Of a stretch of 64,000 nt of DNA, positions 29,595 through 39,836 are shown one piece after another. A program made the position numbers and the translations under genes. The DNA lies in the NCBI GenBank assembly GCA_000431335.1, contig FR888067.1:98849-162848 (forward strand), in the 5' to 3' direction. A model generated the notes under the pieces. The model searched no databases. It was not told where the DNA came from and saw nothing but the letters and a program-made list of their open reading frames with translations. Within the stretch, counting starts at the first letter, position 1. Each line of letters opens with the position of its first letter. The DNA is from Clostridium sp. CAG:343 (lineage in GTDB: Bacteria; Bacillota; Clostridia; TANB77; CAG-508).

Positions 29595-30164
29595 TTGAGA
29601 AAAAAATTCTAAAGATTTCCATTATAATAATAATTAGTATTTTTTCATTTTTGATCGGACAAGTTTTCAATAAATATACTACCTTAATGAAAGAAGAAAA
29701 TGTATCAGAAATAGCTACATGGAATTTTATAATAAACGAAAAAAAGGAGGAAAATCAGTTAATTGATTTAGTATCTACAATAGACAATAAAGCTGTTCTT
29801 GATCATAAAATAGCCCCTGGAACAAGACGGCAGTTTTGATATTTTAATAGATGCTACTAATACAGAGGTAGGAATTAAGTATTATATAAAATGTGAAGAA
29901 GAAAAAAACAAGCCCCATAATCTTAAGTTTATATATCAGGAAAAAGAATATAATTCATTTAAAGAATTAGAAGAAAAATTGTCAGGAATTATTTATGCTA
30001 ATAATACTGAAAAAGTAGTAAATTTAAAAATAGAATGGAAATGGGATTATGAAAGTGGTTCAACAATCGAAGAAATCACTAACAATGATATATTAGACAC
30101 AAAAGATGCACAAACAATTCAAGATTATAAATTTGTAATTAACGTAAGTGGAGAACAAATATAA
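29595..30164 (+). CDS. secreted camelysin/TasA-like (SipW-type signal peptide) protein; two frame problems (A7 tract 29600-29606, CGG 29828-29830)
   Basis: The signal peptide KKILKISIIIIISIFSFLIGQVF is encoded upstream of the track start. Reading ..KIAPGTR-GSFDILIDATNTEVGIKYYI.. requires skipping C29828, which joins ORFs 29651-29839 and 29979-30164. Confidence 0.55.
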
Positions 30165-30274
30165 AAAATAGTTAGCTTATAAAAAAATTATAGAATATGA
30201 AAATGAATATATAAACCTTTATACAAAGTGAGGAAAAAGGTTTTTCCTCACTTAAATATAATTGGAGAGTTAAA

Positions 30275-30763
30275 TTGAAAAAAGAAATAATAAAAATAAT
30301 AGTAGTAGCATTTGTATTAACAATAATACTATCAACAATAAGCTTAGGAAAGTATTTTAATAAAACTAAAATAAATGTAAATTCAGGTGTAGCGATTCCT
30401 ATTATAAAGTTAGAAGGAGAGCAAAAACTTATTATAAACAACAATCAGGAAAATAAGGTATATAATCTAGCTGTAAAAAATTATGATGAAAATGAACAAA
30501 TAACACAGGTAGAATTAGAATATTATATTGAAATTATATCTAAAAAAAATGATGATATTAATTTTAAAATATATAAAGAAAAAAAAGAATTAAATATTAA
30601 TAATAACAAAACAGAGAAATTTCTACTAACAAAGGAAAATAAACAACAAGATAATTACAAGATAGAAATACTATTAAATAAAAAAATATCAGAAGATATA
30701 TTACAAAATGTAGAAATAAAAGTTTATTCAGAACAAAAAAATAAAGAAGAGGTGAAAGAATGA
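30275..30763 (+). CDS. hypothetical secreted/membrane-anchored protein
   Basis: TTG start after the RBS ggagag. N-terminal signal/anchor IIKIIVVAFVLTIILSTISLG. Confidence 0.5.
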   Translation: MKKEIIKIIVVAFVLTIILSTISLGKYFNKTKINVNSGVAIPIIKLEGEQKLIINNNQENKVYNLAVKNYDENEQITQVELEYYIEIISKKNDDINFKIYKEKKELNINNNKTEKFLLTKENKQQDNYKIEILLNKKISEDILQNVEIKVYSEQKNKEEVKE

Positions 30764-31207
30764 AAAGAAAAATAGCATTTCTTTTTTGTGTAATTATTAT
30801 AGTATTTTGTAAAGAAAATTATGCAAAATACATAGTAGAACAAACAATTTTAATAGCAGAAATAAATATAGATACTATTTTTCCAGAAATAGAATTAATA
30901 AGTATAACAGAAACACCAGAAAAAGAACAATATAAAGTAAATTTTCAAATAAAGGTAGTTGAAAATAATATAAAAATAAATAAATTTAATAAAGAAAATA
31001 TAGTTGCTAGAATAGGAGAAAAGAAGATTGAAAATGAAGAATATGAGCTAAATAAGGTATATGAAGGAGAAGAATTTATCTTATATGAAGTAAAACTTAA
31101 ACGGAATACAATTAAAAGAAAAAGTAAAAATAATAATACCAGAAGGAATAATACAAGATATTTCAAATAATAAAAATAAAGAAAAAATAATACAAAATAA
31201 TTTCTAA
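30760..31207 (+). CDS. hypothetical secreted protein; frame probably needs a +1 shift at CGG 31102-31104
   Basis: N-terminal signal sequence. The 0-frame tail KRNTIKRKSKNNNTRRNNTRYFK* looks non-protein-like. The +1 frame gives GIQLKEKVKIIIPEGIIQDISNNKNKEKIIQNNF*. Confidence 0.45.
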
Positions 31208-31308
31208 AAATAGTTGATATTTTTTGTGATTTAATATAAAATTTAAAAAGACTAAAAATGGACAAAATAATAAAGTCAATACAAAAATAAAATAACGGAG
31301 GAAAAATC

Positions 31309-32736
31309 ATGAAGAAATTAAAAATGTTAACAATTGTATTAGTAGTTATCTTAATTACAATGATAGCTTTTGGAGGAATATATATCCAAAAACAAAATAG
31401 AATGGAAAATATAATTAAGAACTATTCATATGCAATGGATTTAAAAGGTGCAAGAAATATCAGATTAAAAGTTAATCAGGAAAATAAAACAGTAATAAAG
31501 GATAGCGAAGGAAAAGAAGTTGAAAGTTCTGAAGACTTAACAGATGATAAAATAAAAGAAAAAGGGTATACAAAGGAAGAAATACCATATAATTCACAAG
31601 AAAGCCAAAAAGAAGAAAACTATAAAGAATCAAAGAGAATTATAGAAGAAAGATTAAAATCTTTAAAAATAACAGATTACAACATAAAAATAGATGAATC
31701 TACTGGAGATATTTTACTAGAAATAGCAGAAAATGATAATACGGATTCTATTGTAAGTAATATAGGAACAGTTGGAAAATTTGAAATTATAGATAGTGAA
31801 ACTAAAGAAGTTTTAATGGATAATAATGATATAAAACTAGCAAATGTTATGTATGGATCTTCTAATAGTAGTACAACATCTTCAAGCTCTGGAACAACAG
31901 TTTATTTAAATATAGAATTTACAAAAGAGGGAGCTAAAAAATTAGAAGATATTAGTAGTAAATATGTAAAAACATCAACAAGTGATAATACAACTGATAA
32001 TACAGATAGTAGTGATACAACAACTAGTTCAACAGAAAAGAAAATAACAATGAAAATAGATGATGAAGAAATAATGTCTACAAGTTTTGATGAAACATTA
32101 AAAACAGGTAAAATACAGTTGTCAATAGGTAAAGCTACAACAGATAGTAAAACATTACAAGGATATGTATCACAAGCTTCTAATATTGCAGTAGTTTTAA
32201 ATTCAGGAAAAATGCCAATTAAATATGATGTTGATGAAAATCAATATGTATTATCAGATATAACAAATCAAGAATTAGATATAGTAGTTTATATTTTAAT
32301 AGGAATAGTAGCAATATTAAGTATTATCTTTATTATAAGATATAAGTTATATGGAGCAATTGGAGCTGTATCTTATATAGGATTAATTTCTATTTTCTTA
32401 ATATTAATTCGTTACGCAAATGTTAATGTATCAATTCAAGGAATACTAGCAATAGCATTAGTATGTATACTTAATTACATATTTATAAATAAATTGATAT
32501 GTAGAATAAATAAAAAAGACTCAAATAAAGAAACAACGAATCAAAAAATAAAAGAAGTTTATAAGGAATTCTTTGTAAAAATAATACCAATTTGCATAGC
32601 TACAATTGTATTCTGTTTTGCAGGATGGGATCCTATTAGTAGTTTTGGAATGATAATGTTCTGGGGAATTGTACTTATTGCAATTTACAATTACATTATA
32701 ACTAGTACTTTAGTAAAAATACAAGATAACAAATAG
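31309..32736 (+). CDS. divergent SecD-like membrane protein
   Basis: N-terminal TM, a ~300-aa extracytoplasmic domain, then 5 C-terminal TM helices (..IRYKLYGAIGAVSYIGLISIFLILIRY..). The canonical SecD motif GIAG.ILSIGMAVDANV is not conserved. Confidence 0.45.
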   Translation: MKKLKMLTIVLVVILITMIAFGGIYIQKQNRMENIIKNYSYAMDLKGARNIRLKVNQENKTVIKDSEGKEVESSEDLTDDKIKEKGYTKEEIPYNSQESQKEENYKESKRIIEERLKSLKITDYNIKIDESTGDILLEIAENDNTDSIVSNIGTVGKFEIIDSETKEVLMDNNDIKLANVMYGSSNSSTTSSSSGTTVYLNIEFTKEGAKKLEDISSKYVKTSTSDNTTDNTDSSDTTTSSTEKKITMKIDDEEIMSTSFDETLKTGKIQLSIGKATTDSKTLQGYVSQASNIAVVLNSGKMPIKYDVDENQYVLSDITNQELDIVVYILIGIVAILSIIFIIRYKLYGAIGAVSYIGLISIFLILIRYANVNVSIQGILAIALVCILNYIFINKLICRINKKDSNKETTNQKIKEVYKEFFVKIIPICIATIVFCFAGWDPISSFGMIMFWGIVLIAIYNYIITSTLVKIQDNK

Positions 32737-32750
32737 GAGGAAATTAGAAG

Positions 32751-33410
32751 ATGAAAAATATAACAAAAAAACAGAAAATGATTTTTATAATTCTTGCAGT
32801 AATTATTATAGCAGGAATAGCTGTTATTTCTACAATAGGTTTTAATTTAGAATTGAAAATGCAAGAAACAAAAAAGATTGAATTATATATACAAAAAGAT
32901 TTTGAAATATCAGATATAAAAAATATAGTAAAAGAAGTAATTCCAGATGAAAGTATAATGATTCAAAAAGTAGAAGTATTTGAAGATTCTGTAAGTATTA
33001 CAGCAAAAGACATTACAGATGAACAAAAACAATCAATAATTGATAAAGTAAATGAAAAATATGGAACAGAATTAAAAGCGGATAGTACAGAAATTATAAA
33101 TATTCCTAATATGAAAATAAGAGATTTAGTAAAACCATATGTTACTTCATTTGCAATTTCTACTGTTTTAATATTAGTATATATAGCAATAAGATATAGA
33201 AAATTAGGAAGTATAAAAACAATGATTAATTCACTATTAATTATTGTTGTAGGACAAGTTGTATTGTTTAGTCTAATAGCAATAACAAGAATTCCAGTAG
33301 GAAGATTAACAATACCTATGGTACTTATTGTATATGTATGTACATTATTAGGAATTACTAACTGTTTAGAGAAAAAACTAAAATTAAAGAAAGAAGAAGA
33401 AAAAAAATAA
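32751..33410 (+). CDS. divergent SecF-like membrane protein
   Basis: N-terminal TM, a small external domain, then TM helices (..VLILVYIAIRYRKLGSIKT..). Paired with the SecD-like gene. Confidence 0.4.
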   Translation: MKNITKKQKMIFIILAVIIIAGIAVISTIGFNLELKMQETKKIELYIQKDFEISDIKNIVKEVIPDESIMIQKVEVFEDSVSITAKDITDEQKQSIIDKVNEKYGTELKADSTEIINIPNMKIRDLVKPYVTSFAISTVLILVYIAIRYRKLGSIKTMINSLLIIVVGQVVLFSLIAITRIPVGRLTIPMVLIVYVCTLLGITNCLEKKLKLKKEEEKK

Positions 33411-33578
33411 TTTTTAAAAGAAGTGGTAAAACAGATATGTCTGCATTCAGTTTACCACTTCTTTTTTGCAAACGTAACTTTTAGAAAATAATTTTTTTAC
33501 TAAAAAACTATACAAATTTTATGAAGTAATGATATAATAAGAGCCAAAGTAAGAAGATGAAAAAGCAAGGAGGAAAAA

Positions 33579-35816
33579 ATGGGAAATATAGTTTTATTAG
33601 ATGATTTAACAATAAACAAAATAGCAGCAGGGGAAGTAATTGAAAGACCAGCATCAGTAATAAAAGAAATGATAGAAAATTCAATTGATGCAGGAGCAAC
33701 TAATATAACAGTAGAAATAAAAAATGGAGGAATATCATATATAAAAATAACAGATGATGGAAAAGGAATAGCCCAAGATGACTTAGAAATAGCATTTGAA
33801 AGGCATGCTACAAGCAAAATTAGATCAGCAGATGATTTGGATACAGTAACATCTATGGGGTTTAGAGGAGAAGCATTAGCAAGTATTGCAGCTATTGCGA
33901 ATGTAGAATTAACATCTAAAACAAAAGAACAAGACATTGGATACAAAATCGTTGTTGAAGCGGGAAATGTTTTAGAAAAAGAAGAAGCAGGGTGTAGAAC
34001 AGGAACAACCATTATAGTAAGAAATTTATTTTTTAATACACCAGTTAGATATAAATTTTTAAAAAAAGATTATACAGAATCAGGATATATTGAAGATGTT
34101 ATTACAAGAATAGCTTTAGTAAATCCTAATATTGCAATTAAGTTAATAAATACAGGAAAAACAGTAATACAAACTAATGGAAATGGAGATTTGAAAAGTG
34201 TAATATATAGCATATATGGAAAAGATATTTCAAATGGAATAATGGAAGTGTCTTATCAATATGAAGATATAAAAATAACTGGGGTAATCGGAAAGCCTGA
34301 AATTGCAAGATCAAACCGTTCAAACCAATTATTTTTTGTGAATAAGAGATATATTAAAGATAAAACGTTAACAGCAGCAACAGAGCAAGCATATAAAGGA
34401 TTAATACCAATTGGAAAATTTGGATTTGTTGTATTAAATTTAGAAATGAGTCCAGCAAAAGTGGATGTAAATGTTCATCCAGCTAAGTTAGAAGTTAGAT
34501 TTCAAGAAGAAAATACAGTTTTTCAAGCGATATATCATGCAATTAAAGATACTTTGCTAAAAAGTGAATTAGTGGCAAAAACAGAGAAAACAGAAAAAGA
34601 TAGTATTGTAGATAGAAGAACTGCTAGTTTTGAAGAAAGATTAAAAAATTTAAGAGAAGCAAAAAAAGAAAATCAAAGTGGAGGACTATTTGCTTTTAGA
34701 AAACAAAATGAAAAGCAAATTGAAAAATATACAGATGAAGAAAGCAAAATAAAAACCAATATATTGGAAGATGTATATAATAACCAAAAACTAGAAAATG
34801 AACAAACTATACAACAACCAACTTTAGAAAAATTAGAAAACAAAGAGAAAATAACTACAGGAGATCCAGTTGATACTTCAGATGTTTTAGAACAATTAAA
34901 AAATTTAAAAGATAAAATGCAAAATGAATTAAAAACAGACAAATTTACTGCAAATAAAGTACAAGATGTTCAAGAAGAATATAAATTAGAAAACAAACAG
35001 CAAGATTTTAAACAAGGGGAGAACATAAAAGAAGAAAAATTCGAACCTGTTAAACAAAAGATAGAAAATTTAGATGAAAATACACAAGCTGTTTCACAAA
35101 ATTTTAATGAAATGTATACAAAAATGTTTGGAACAGCACCAATAATAGAAAATCAAGATGATAAAAAAGAAGAACAAAAAGCTGTAGATATAATAAAAGA
35201 TAATGTTTCAATGTTTGAAACAGAAGAAGAATTTAAAAAACCAATATATAAATTTATCGGGATTGTATTTAAAACATATATTATATTAGAGATTGAAAAT
35301 GAAATGTATATATTAGATCAGCATGCTGCACATGAAAGAATTATGTACGAAAAGGTAAAAGAAAATTATTATAGTGACATAGCTAAAGATTCTCAAATGC
35401 TATTATTACCAGATGTTGTAACCTTAACACATAAAGAAATGGATGTTGCTAAAGAAAACAAGGAAATGTTTGAACAAGCAGGATTTTATTTTGAAGAATT
35501 TGGCGAAAATACTATTAAATTAACAGGAGTGCCAACAGTATGTATTGATTTAGATACAAAAGAGCTGTTTTTAGAAACTTTAGATGAAATAAATACTGTA
35601 GCAAGAACAGCTAAACAAGAAAAAGAAGAAAAATTCATAGCAACAGTTGCTTGCAAAGCAGCAGTAAAAGCGAATATGGCTCTTACGAGAGAAGAAGTAG
35701 AAAAATTAATGGAACAATTATTGAAATTACCAAATCCATTTACATGTCCACATGGCAGACCAACAGTTATAAAAATGACAAAATATGATATAGAAAGAAA
35801 ATTTGCAAGAAAGTAG
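33579..35816 (+). CDS. mutL: DNA mismatch repair protein MutL
   Basis: Contains INKIAAGEVIERPASVIKEMIENSIDAG, GFRGEAL, and the C-terminal CPHGRP. Confidence 0.9.
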   Translation: MGNIVLLDDLTINKIAAGEVIERPASVIKEMIENSIDAGATNITVEIKNGGISYIKITDDGKGIAQDDLEIAFERHATSKIRSADDLDTVTSMGFRGEALASIAAIANVELTSKTKEQDIGYKIVVEAGNVLEKEEAGCRTGTTIIVRNLFFNTPVRYKFLKKDYTESGYIEDVITRIALVNPNIAIKLINTGKTVIQTNGNGDLKSVIYSIYGKDISNGIMEVSYQYEDIKITGVIGKPEIARSNRSNQLFFVNKRYIKDKTLTAATEQAYKGLIPIGKFGFVVLNLEMSPAKVDVNVHPAKLEVRFQEENTVFQAIYHAIKDTLLKSELVAKTEKTEKDSIVDRRTASFEERLKNLREAKKENQSGGLFAFRKQNEKQIEKYTDEESKIKTNILEDVYNNQKLENEQTIQQPTLEKLENKEKITTGDPVDTSDVLEQLKNLKDKMQNELKTDKFTANKVQDVQEEYKLENKQQDFKQGENIKEEKFEPVKQKIENLDENTQAVSQNFNEMYTKMFGTAPIIENQDDKKEEQKAVDIIKDNVSMFETEEEFKKPIYKFIGIVFKTYIILEIENEMYILDQHAAHERIMYEKVKENYYSDIAKDSQMLLLPDVVTLTHKEMDVAKENKEMFEQAGFYFEEFGENTIKLTGVPTVCIDLDTKELFLETLDEINTVARTAKQEKEEKFIATVACKAAVKANMALTREEVEKLMEQLLKLPNPFTCPHGRPTVIKMTKYDIERKFARK

Positions 35817-35826
35817 TTGGAAAAAA

Positions 35827-36252
35827 ATGAATTTATTAATTATAATAATAGTAACAGTATTATATGCAGTAATAATTGGATGGACATGGAGCTCTTTAGG
35901 AGATATTGAAAGAAAAAAGAAAATATTAATAACAGGAATTGGAATATTGTTAGTATATTTAATAACTTTATTGTTATTTAATATTTCTAAAAATCAAATA
36001 CAGTATCCAGATATTTCTGCAGAAAAATATGTAAAAAATATTCTAGTAATTATTTTTACAGGTATAAACTCAATTGCCATATTGCCATACGCAGCTAAAA
36101 TGTACAATAAAATATATGAGGGAACAATAGAATCACAAGAAATTAAGAAAAAACTAGTGTTTATTATAATACTAATAATATTAGGAATATTTTTAGAATG
36201 TGGATATATGAAAGATATTCAACAAGGAATATTAAATATAGCTAAAAAGTAA
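35827..36252 (+). CDS. hypothetical membrane protein
   Basis: Four predicted TM helices. Start uncertain (35803 or 35827). Confidence 0.4.
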   Translation: MNLLIIIIVTVLYAVIIGWTWSSLGDIERKKKILITGIGILLVYLITLLLFNISKNQIQYPDISAEKYVKNILVIIFTGINSIAILPYAAKMYNKIYEGTIESQEIKKKLVFIIILIILGIFLECGYMKDIQQGILNIAKK

Positions 36253-36300
36253 CAACAGTAAAAAATACAGAAATAATTTTAAACAAATAGGGAGGAAAGA

Positions 36301-37215
36301 ATGCAAAAAGATAAAGTAATAGTTATATGTGGACCAACTGCATCTGGAAAAACAGCATTATCAATTGAATTGGCAAAACAAATTAACGGAGAAATTGTTT
36401 CTTGCGATTCTATGCAAATTTATAAAGATATGAATATTGGAACAGCAAAACCTACTGAAGAAGAACAGAAAGGCATTAAACATTACTTAATTGATTTTGT
36501 CTCACCTGATGAAAGATATAGTGTAGCAGACTATAAACAAGATGCTAAAAAAGCTATAAAAGAAATATTAAAAAAAGGAAAAGTCCCTATAGTAGTTGGT
36601 GGTACAGGATTATATATTGATAGCTTAATTTATGAAATAGAATATCCTAATATAGAGTTTGATGAAAAATATAGAAAAAAATTAGAAAATATAGCTGAAG
36701 AACAGGGATTAAAAGTATTATATGAAAAAGCAAAAGAAATTGATCCAGAAGCAATAAAAAAAATAAGTGAAAACGACAAAAAAAGAATATTAAGAATACT
36801 AGAAATTTATCATGCTACAGGAAAAAACAAAACAGAACAAGAAAAAGAATCAAGAAAAAATGAAGTAGAGTATGAATATAAAATTTATGCTTTAAAATGG
36901 GACAGGCAAGAGCTATATGAAAGAATTAATAAAAGAGTCGATATAATGATTGAACAAGGATTAATTGACGAAGTAAAAGAAATTTATCAAAAGTATCAAA
37001 GTTTTCCAACTGCGATGCAAGGATTAGGGTATAAAGAAGTAGTCGAATATCTTGAAGGAAAAATAAGTAAAGATGATATGATAGAAAAAATAAAACAAGA
37101 AACACGTAGATATGCGAAAAGACAATTGACATGGTTTAGAAAAAATAAACAAACTATATGGCTAGATGCACAAGATAAAATACAAAATAATATAAAAATT
37201 ATTTTGGAGGGATAG
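36301..37215 (+). CDS. miaA: tRNA dimethylallyltransferase
   Basis: P-loop GPTASGKT and motifs SCDSMQIYKDMNIGTAKP and GGTGLY. Confidence 0.9.
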   Translation: MQKDKVIVICGPTASGKTALSIELAKQINGEIVSCDSMQIYKDMNIGTAKPTEEEQKGIKHYLIDFVSPDERYSVADYKQDAKKAIKEILKKGKVPIVVGGTGLYIDSLIYEIEYPNIEFDEKYRKKLENIAEEQGLKVLYEKAKEIDPEAIKKISENDKKRILRILEIYHATGKNKTEQEKESRKNEVEYEYKIYALKWDRQELYERINKRVDIMIEQGLIDEVKEIYQKYQSFPTAMQGLGYKEVVEYLEGKISKDDMIEKIKQETRRYAKRQLTWFRKNKQTIWLDAQDKIQNNIKIILEG

Positions 37216-37217
37216 AT

Positions 37218-38507
37218 TTGAAAGAACAAGATAAAACGATAAAAGAAAAAGAGACTGAAAAAGTAAACGATAAAAAAATAAATAAAAAGAAAATAATTTT
37301 ATATATTGTTGGTTTGGCAATTGTAATTTATTTGCTTTATACTATTTATTTATTAATTAAAGAACCAACCAATATAGTTACAGTAGAAGAGGGAAAATTA
37401 TATCAAGAAGAAACAGATATTGGTTATGTGATTAGAGATGAAAAAGTTGTAAAAGGTGAAAATTACAAAAATGGGATGGAGCAAATCATAGCAGAAGGAG
37501 AAAGAGCTTCAAATAATGAAAATATATTTAGATATTATAGTGCAAATGAAGAATCGTTAAAACAAAAGATATCTGAGCTGGATGCAAAAATTCAAGAAGT
37601 GATGCTAAACGACAAGAGTTTATTAACAGCAGATATAAAACTTTTAGAAAATCAAATAGATGAAAAACTAGAAGATATTAGTAAAATTACAGATGTAACA
37701 AAATTAACTGAATATAAAAAAGAAATAGATAATCTTATAACTAAAAAAGCTAAGATGGCAGGAGAATCAAGTCCAAAAGGTTCTTATTTAAGACAATTAA
37801 TAGAAGAAAGAAAAAATTATGAAAATCAATTAAATTCAGGTGCTGAATATGTAAAGGCTCCTATGAGTGGAATTGTATCATATAGAGTAGATGGATTAGA
37901 AGAAACATTGACACCAGACAATTTTAGTGCATTAAGTAAAGAATATCTTGAAAGTTTGAATTTGAAAACAGGAAAAATAGTAGCGACAAATGAAGAGTGT
38001 GGAAAGGTAATTAATAATTTTGTTTGCTATATAGCAACTATAACTTCTTCTGAAGAAGCAAAACAAGCAAAAGTAGGAGATGAAATAAAAGTAAGATTAT
38101 CAAATAACGTTGAAGTATCGGCAGAAATTTCTAATATTGTAAAAGAAGATGAAGATATTCTTATTATATTAAAATTAAATAAACAAGTAGAAGAATTAAT
38201 TAATTATAGAAAAATAACATTTAATTTAATTTGGTGGGATGCTTCAGGATTGAAAATTCCAAACCAAGCAATTGTACAAGAAAATGATTTAAATTATGTA
38301 ATAAGAAATAGAGCTGGTTATTTAAGCAAAATATTAGTAAAGGTAAAAAAACAAGGAGAAAAATATTCTATAGTTGAAGCTTATAAAACTGAAGAATTAA
38401 AAGAATTAGGCTTTACAGAAAAAGAAATTAATTCATATAGAAAAATATCTTTATATGACGAAATATTAATTAATCCTAATTTAGATAAAACAAAAGAATT
38501 AAATTAA
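37218..38507 (+). CDS. HlyD-like membrane-fusion-type protein (N-terminal TM, coiled coil, beta-barrel)
   Basis: TTG start after the RBS ggaggg. Architecture only. Confidence 0.4.
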   Translation: MKEQDKTIKEKETEKVNDKKINKKKIILYIVGLAIVIYLLYTIYLLIKEPTNIVTVEEGKLYQEETDIGYVIRDEKVVKGENYKNGMEQIIAEGERASNNENIFRYYSANEESLKQKISELDAKIQEVMLNDKSLLTADIKLLENQIDEKLEDISKITDVTKLTEYKKEIDNLITKKAKMAGESSPKGSYLRQLIEERKNYENQLNSGAEYVKAPMSGIVSYRVDGLEETLTPDNFSALSKEYLESLNLKTGKIVATNEECGKVINNFVCYIATITSSEEAKQAKVGDEIKVRLSNNVEVSAEISNIVKEDEDILIILKLNKQVEELINYRKITFNLIWWDASGLKIPNQAIVQENDLNYVIRNRAGYLSKILVKVKKQGEKYSIVEAYKTEELKELGFTEKEINSYRKISLYDEILINPNLDKTKELN

Positions 38508-38658
38508 TATTTTTTAGCTAATAAAACCAATAGAAATATTACAAAAATGTTACAAAAATATTAAAATTTAATAACATTCTTAAAAAACATTGACAATATG
38601 ACAAAAAAAGTAGATACTTAGTACATAAAACAAAGGAAGTAATTTAGGAGGTTTTTTT

Positions 38659-39141
38659 ATGTCAGGAGCATTAATGAACAAAGTATGGGATTTGTTTGGA
38701 ATGGATTCAGCAGAACCAGAAGGTTATGAAGAAGAAAATGTATATGATTATGATGATGAAGAGGAAGAAGTAGAAGATAAAAAATTATTCGGAAGAAAAA
38801 ACAATAATAAAGTTGTAAATATGCCACAAACACAAACAAATGCTATTAAAATGGTAATATCACAACCAACTACTTTTGAACAATCAGATGAAATTTGTGC
38901 GTTTCTAAAAGAAAAGAAATCTGTTATTGTTAATTTAGAATATGTTAATAAAGATGTAGCAAGAAGAATTGTTGATTTTATTAGTGGAGGAGTGTATGCA
39001 TTAGATGGATATATTCAAAAAGTATCAAATTCTATCTTTTTAGTAGCACCATCTAACTATGAAATCACAAATGAAATGGCAAGGGAAGAAATGAAAAGCA
39101 AACTTTCTGTTTCATGGCTAAAAAATAATGGAGTAAACTAA
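38659..39141 (+). CDS. sepF: cell division protein SepF
   Basis: Acidic linker followed by the conserved C-terminal domain ..ISQPTTFEQSDEICAFLKEKKSVIVNLEYV..RIVDFISGGVYALDG.. Confidence 0.8.
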   Translation: MSGALMNKVWDLFGMDSAEPEGYEEENVYDYDDEEEEVEDKKLFGRKNNNKVVNMPQTQTNAIKMVISQPTTFEQSDEICAFLKEKKSVIVNLEYVNKDVARRIVDFISGGVYALDGYIQKVSNSIFLVAPSNYEITNEMAREEMKSKLSVSWLKNNGVN

Positions 39142-39167
39142 TTGAATATCAACAAGGGGGAAGAAAA

Positions 39168-39623
39168 ATGATAACACCACTCGATATAGAAAATAAAAAG
39201 TTTTCAAAGCAAATGATGAATGGATATAGTGTTGAAGAAGTAGATGATTTTTTAGATGATTTAACAGTTGATTACACAAAAAACTATAAAGAAGCGACAG
39301 AATTAAAAGCTAAGGTTGCAGAATTAACTAAAAGTTTAGAACATTACAAAAACATAGAATCAACTTTACAAAACACTTTAGTCATGGCGCAGAAAACTGC
39401 AGATGATGTAAAAAACATAGCAAAACAACAAGCAGATCAAATAGTAAACCAAGCAAAAGGAACAGCTCAAAAACAAGCAAATGAATTAGATAATGAAATT
39501 ATTGTAAAGAAAAAAGAATTAGAAGACGTAAAAAAACAATTTGATATATATAAAGCTAAGATGGAGTCATTGTTAATATCTCAATTAGAATTAATAAAAG
39601 ATATCAATAAAGAAGATGCATAA
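39168..39623 (+). CDS. divIVA: DivIVA domain protein
   Basis: N-terminus MITPLDIENKKFSKQMMNGYSVEEVDDFLD followed by a coiled coil. Confidence 0.8.
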   Translation: MITPLDIENKKFSKQMMNGYSVEEVDDFLDDLTVDYTKNYKEATELKAKVAELTKSLEHYKNIESTLQNTLVMAQKTADDVKNIAKQQADQIVNQAKGTAQKQANELDNEIIVKKKELEDVKKQFDIYKAKMESLLISQLELIKDINKEDA

Positions 39624-39836
39624 AATTTAAAATTACTAAAGAGGACTATCTGTATAGATAGTCTTTTTGTGTCTATAAATAAATAAAAGTAAAGAAAAAT
39701 ATTACAAAAAGACAACAATATTACAGAACTGTTAAATATATGTTACATTTCTATTAATACTATTGACCATTAGAGGAAAAAAGAATAAAATATTACTATC
39801 ATCGAAAGATATGAAAACTCACAAGAAGGGTGAAAT

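Noticed and set aside
33500-34012. 170-aa minus-strand ORF and similar long antisense ORFs (40214-40834, 42010-42522, 42526-43044, 45774-46139, 50953-51480, 59962-60579, 61547-61903)
   Set aside because: All lie opposite strongly conserved + strand genes (mutL, coiled-coil ORF, ftsK, beta-CASP hydrolase, pgk, mcsB, clpC). They are typical shadow ORFs of codon-biased AT-rich genes with Ser/Ile/Phe-rich nonsense composition.
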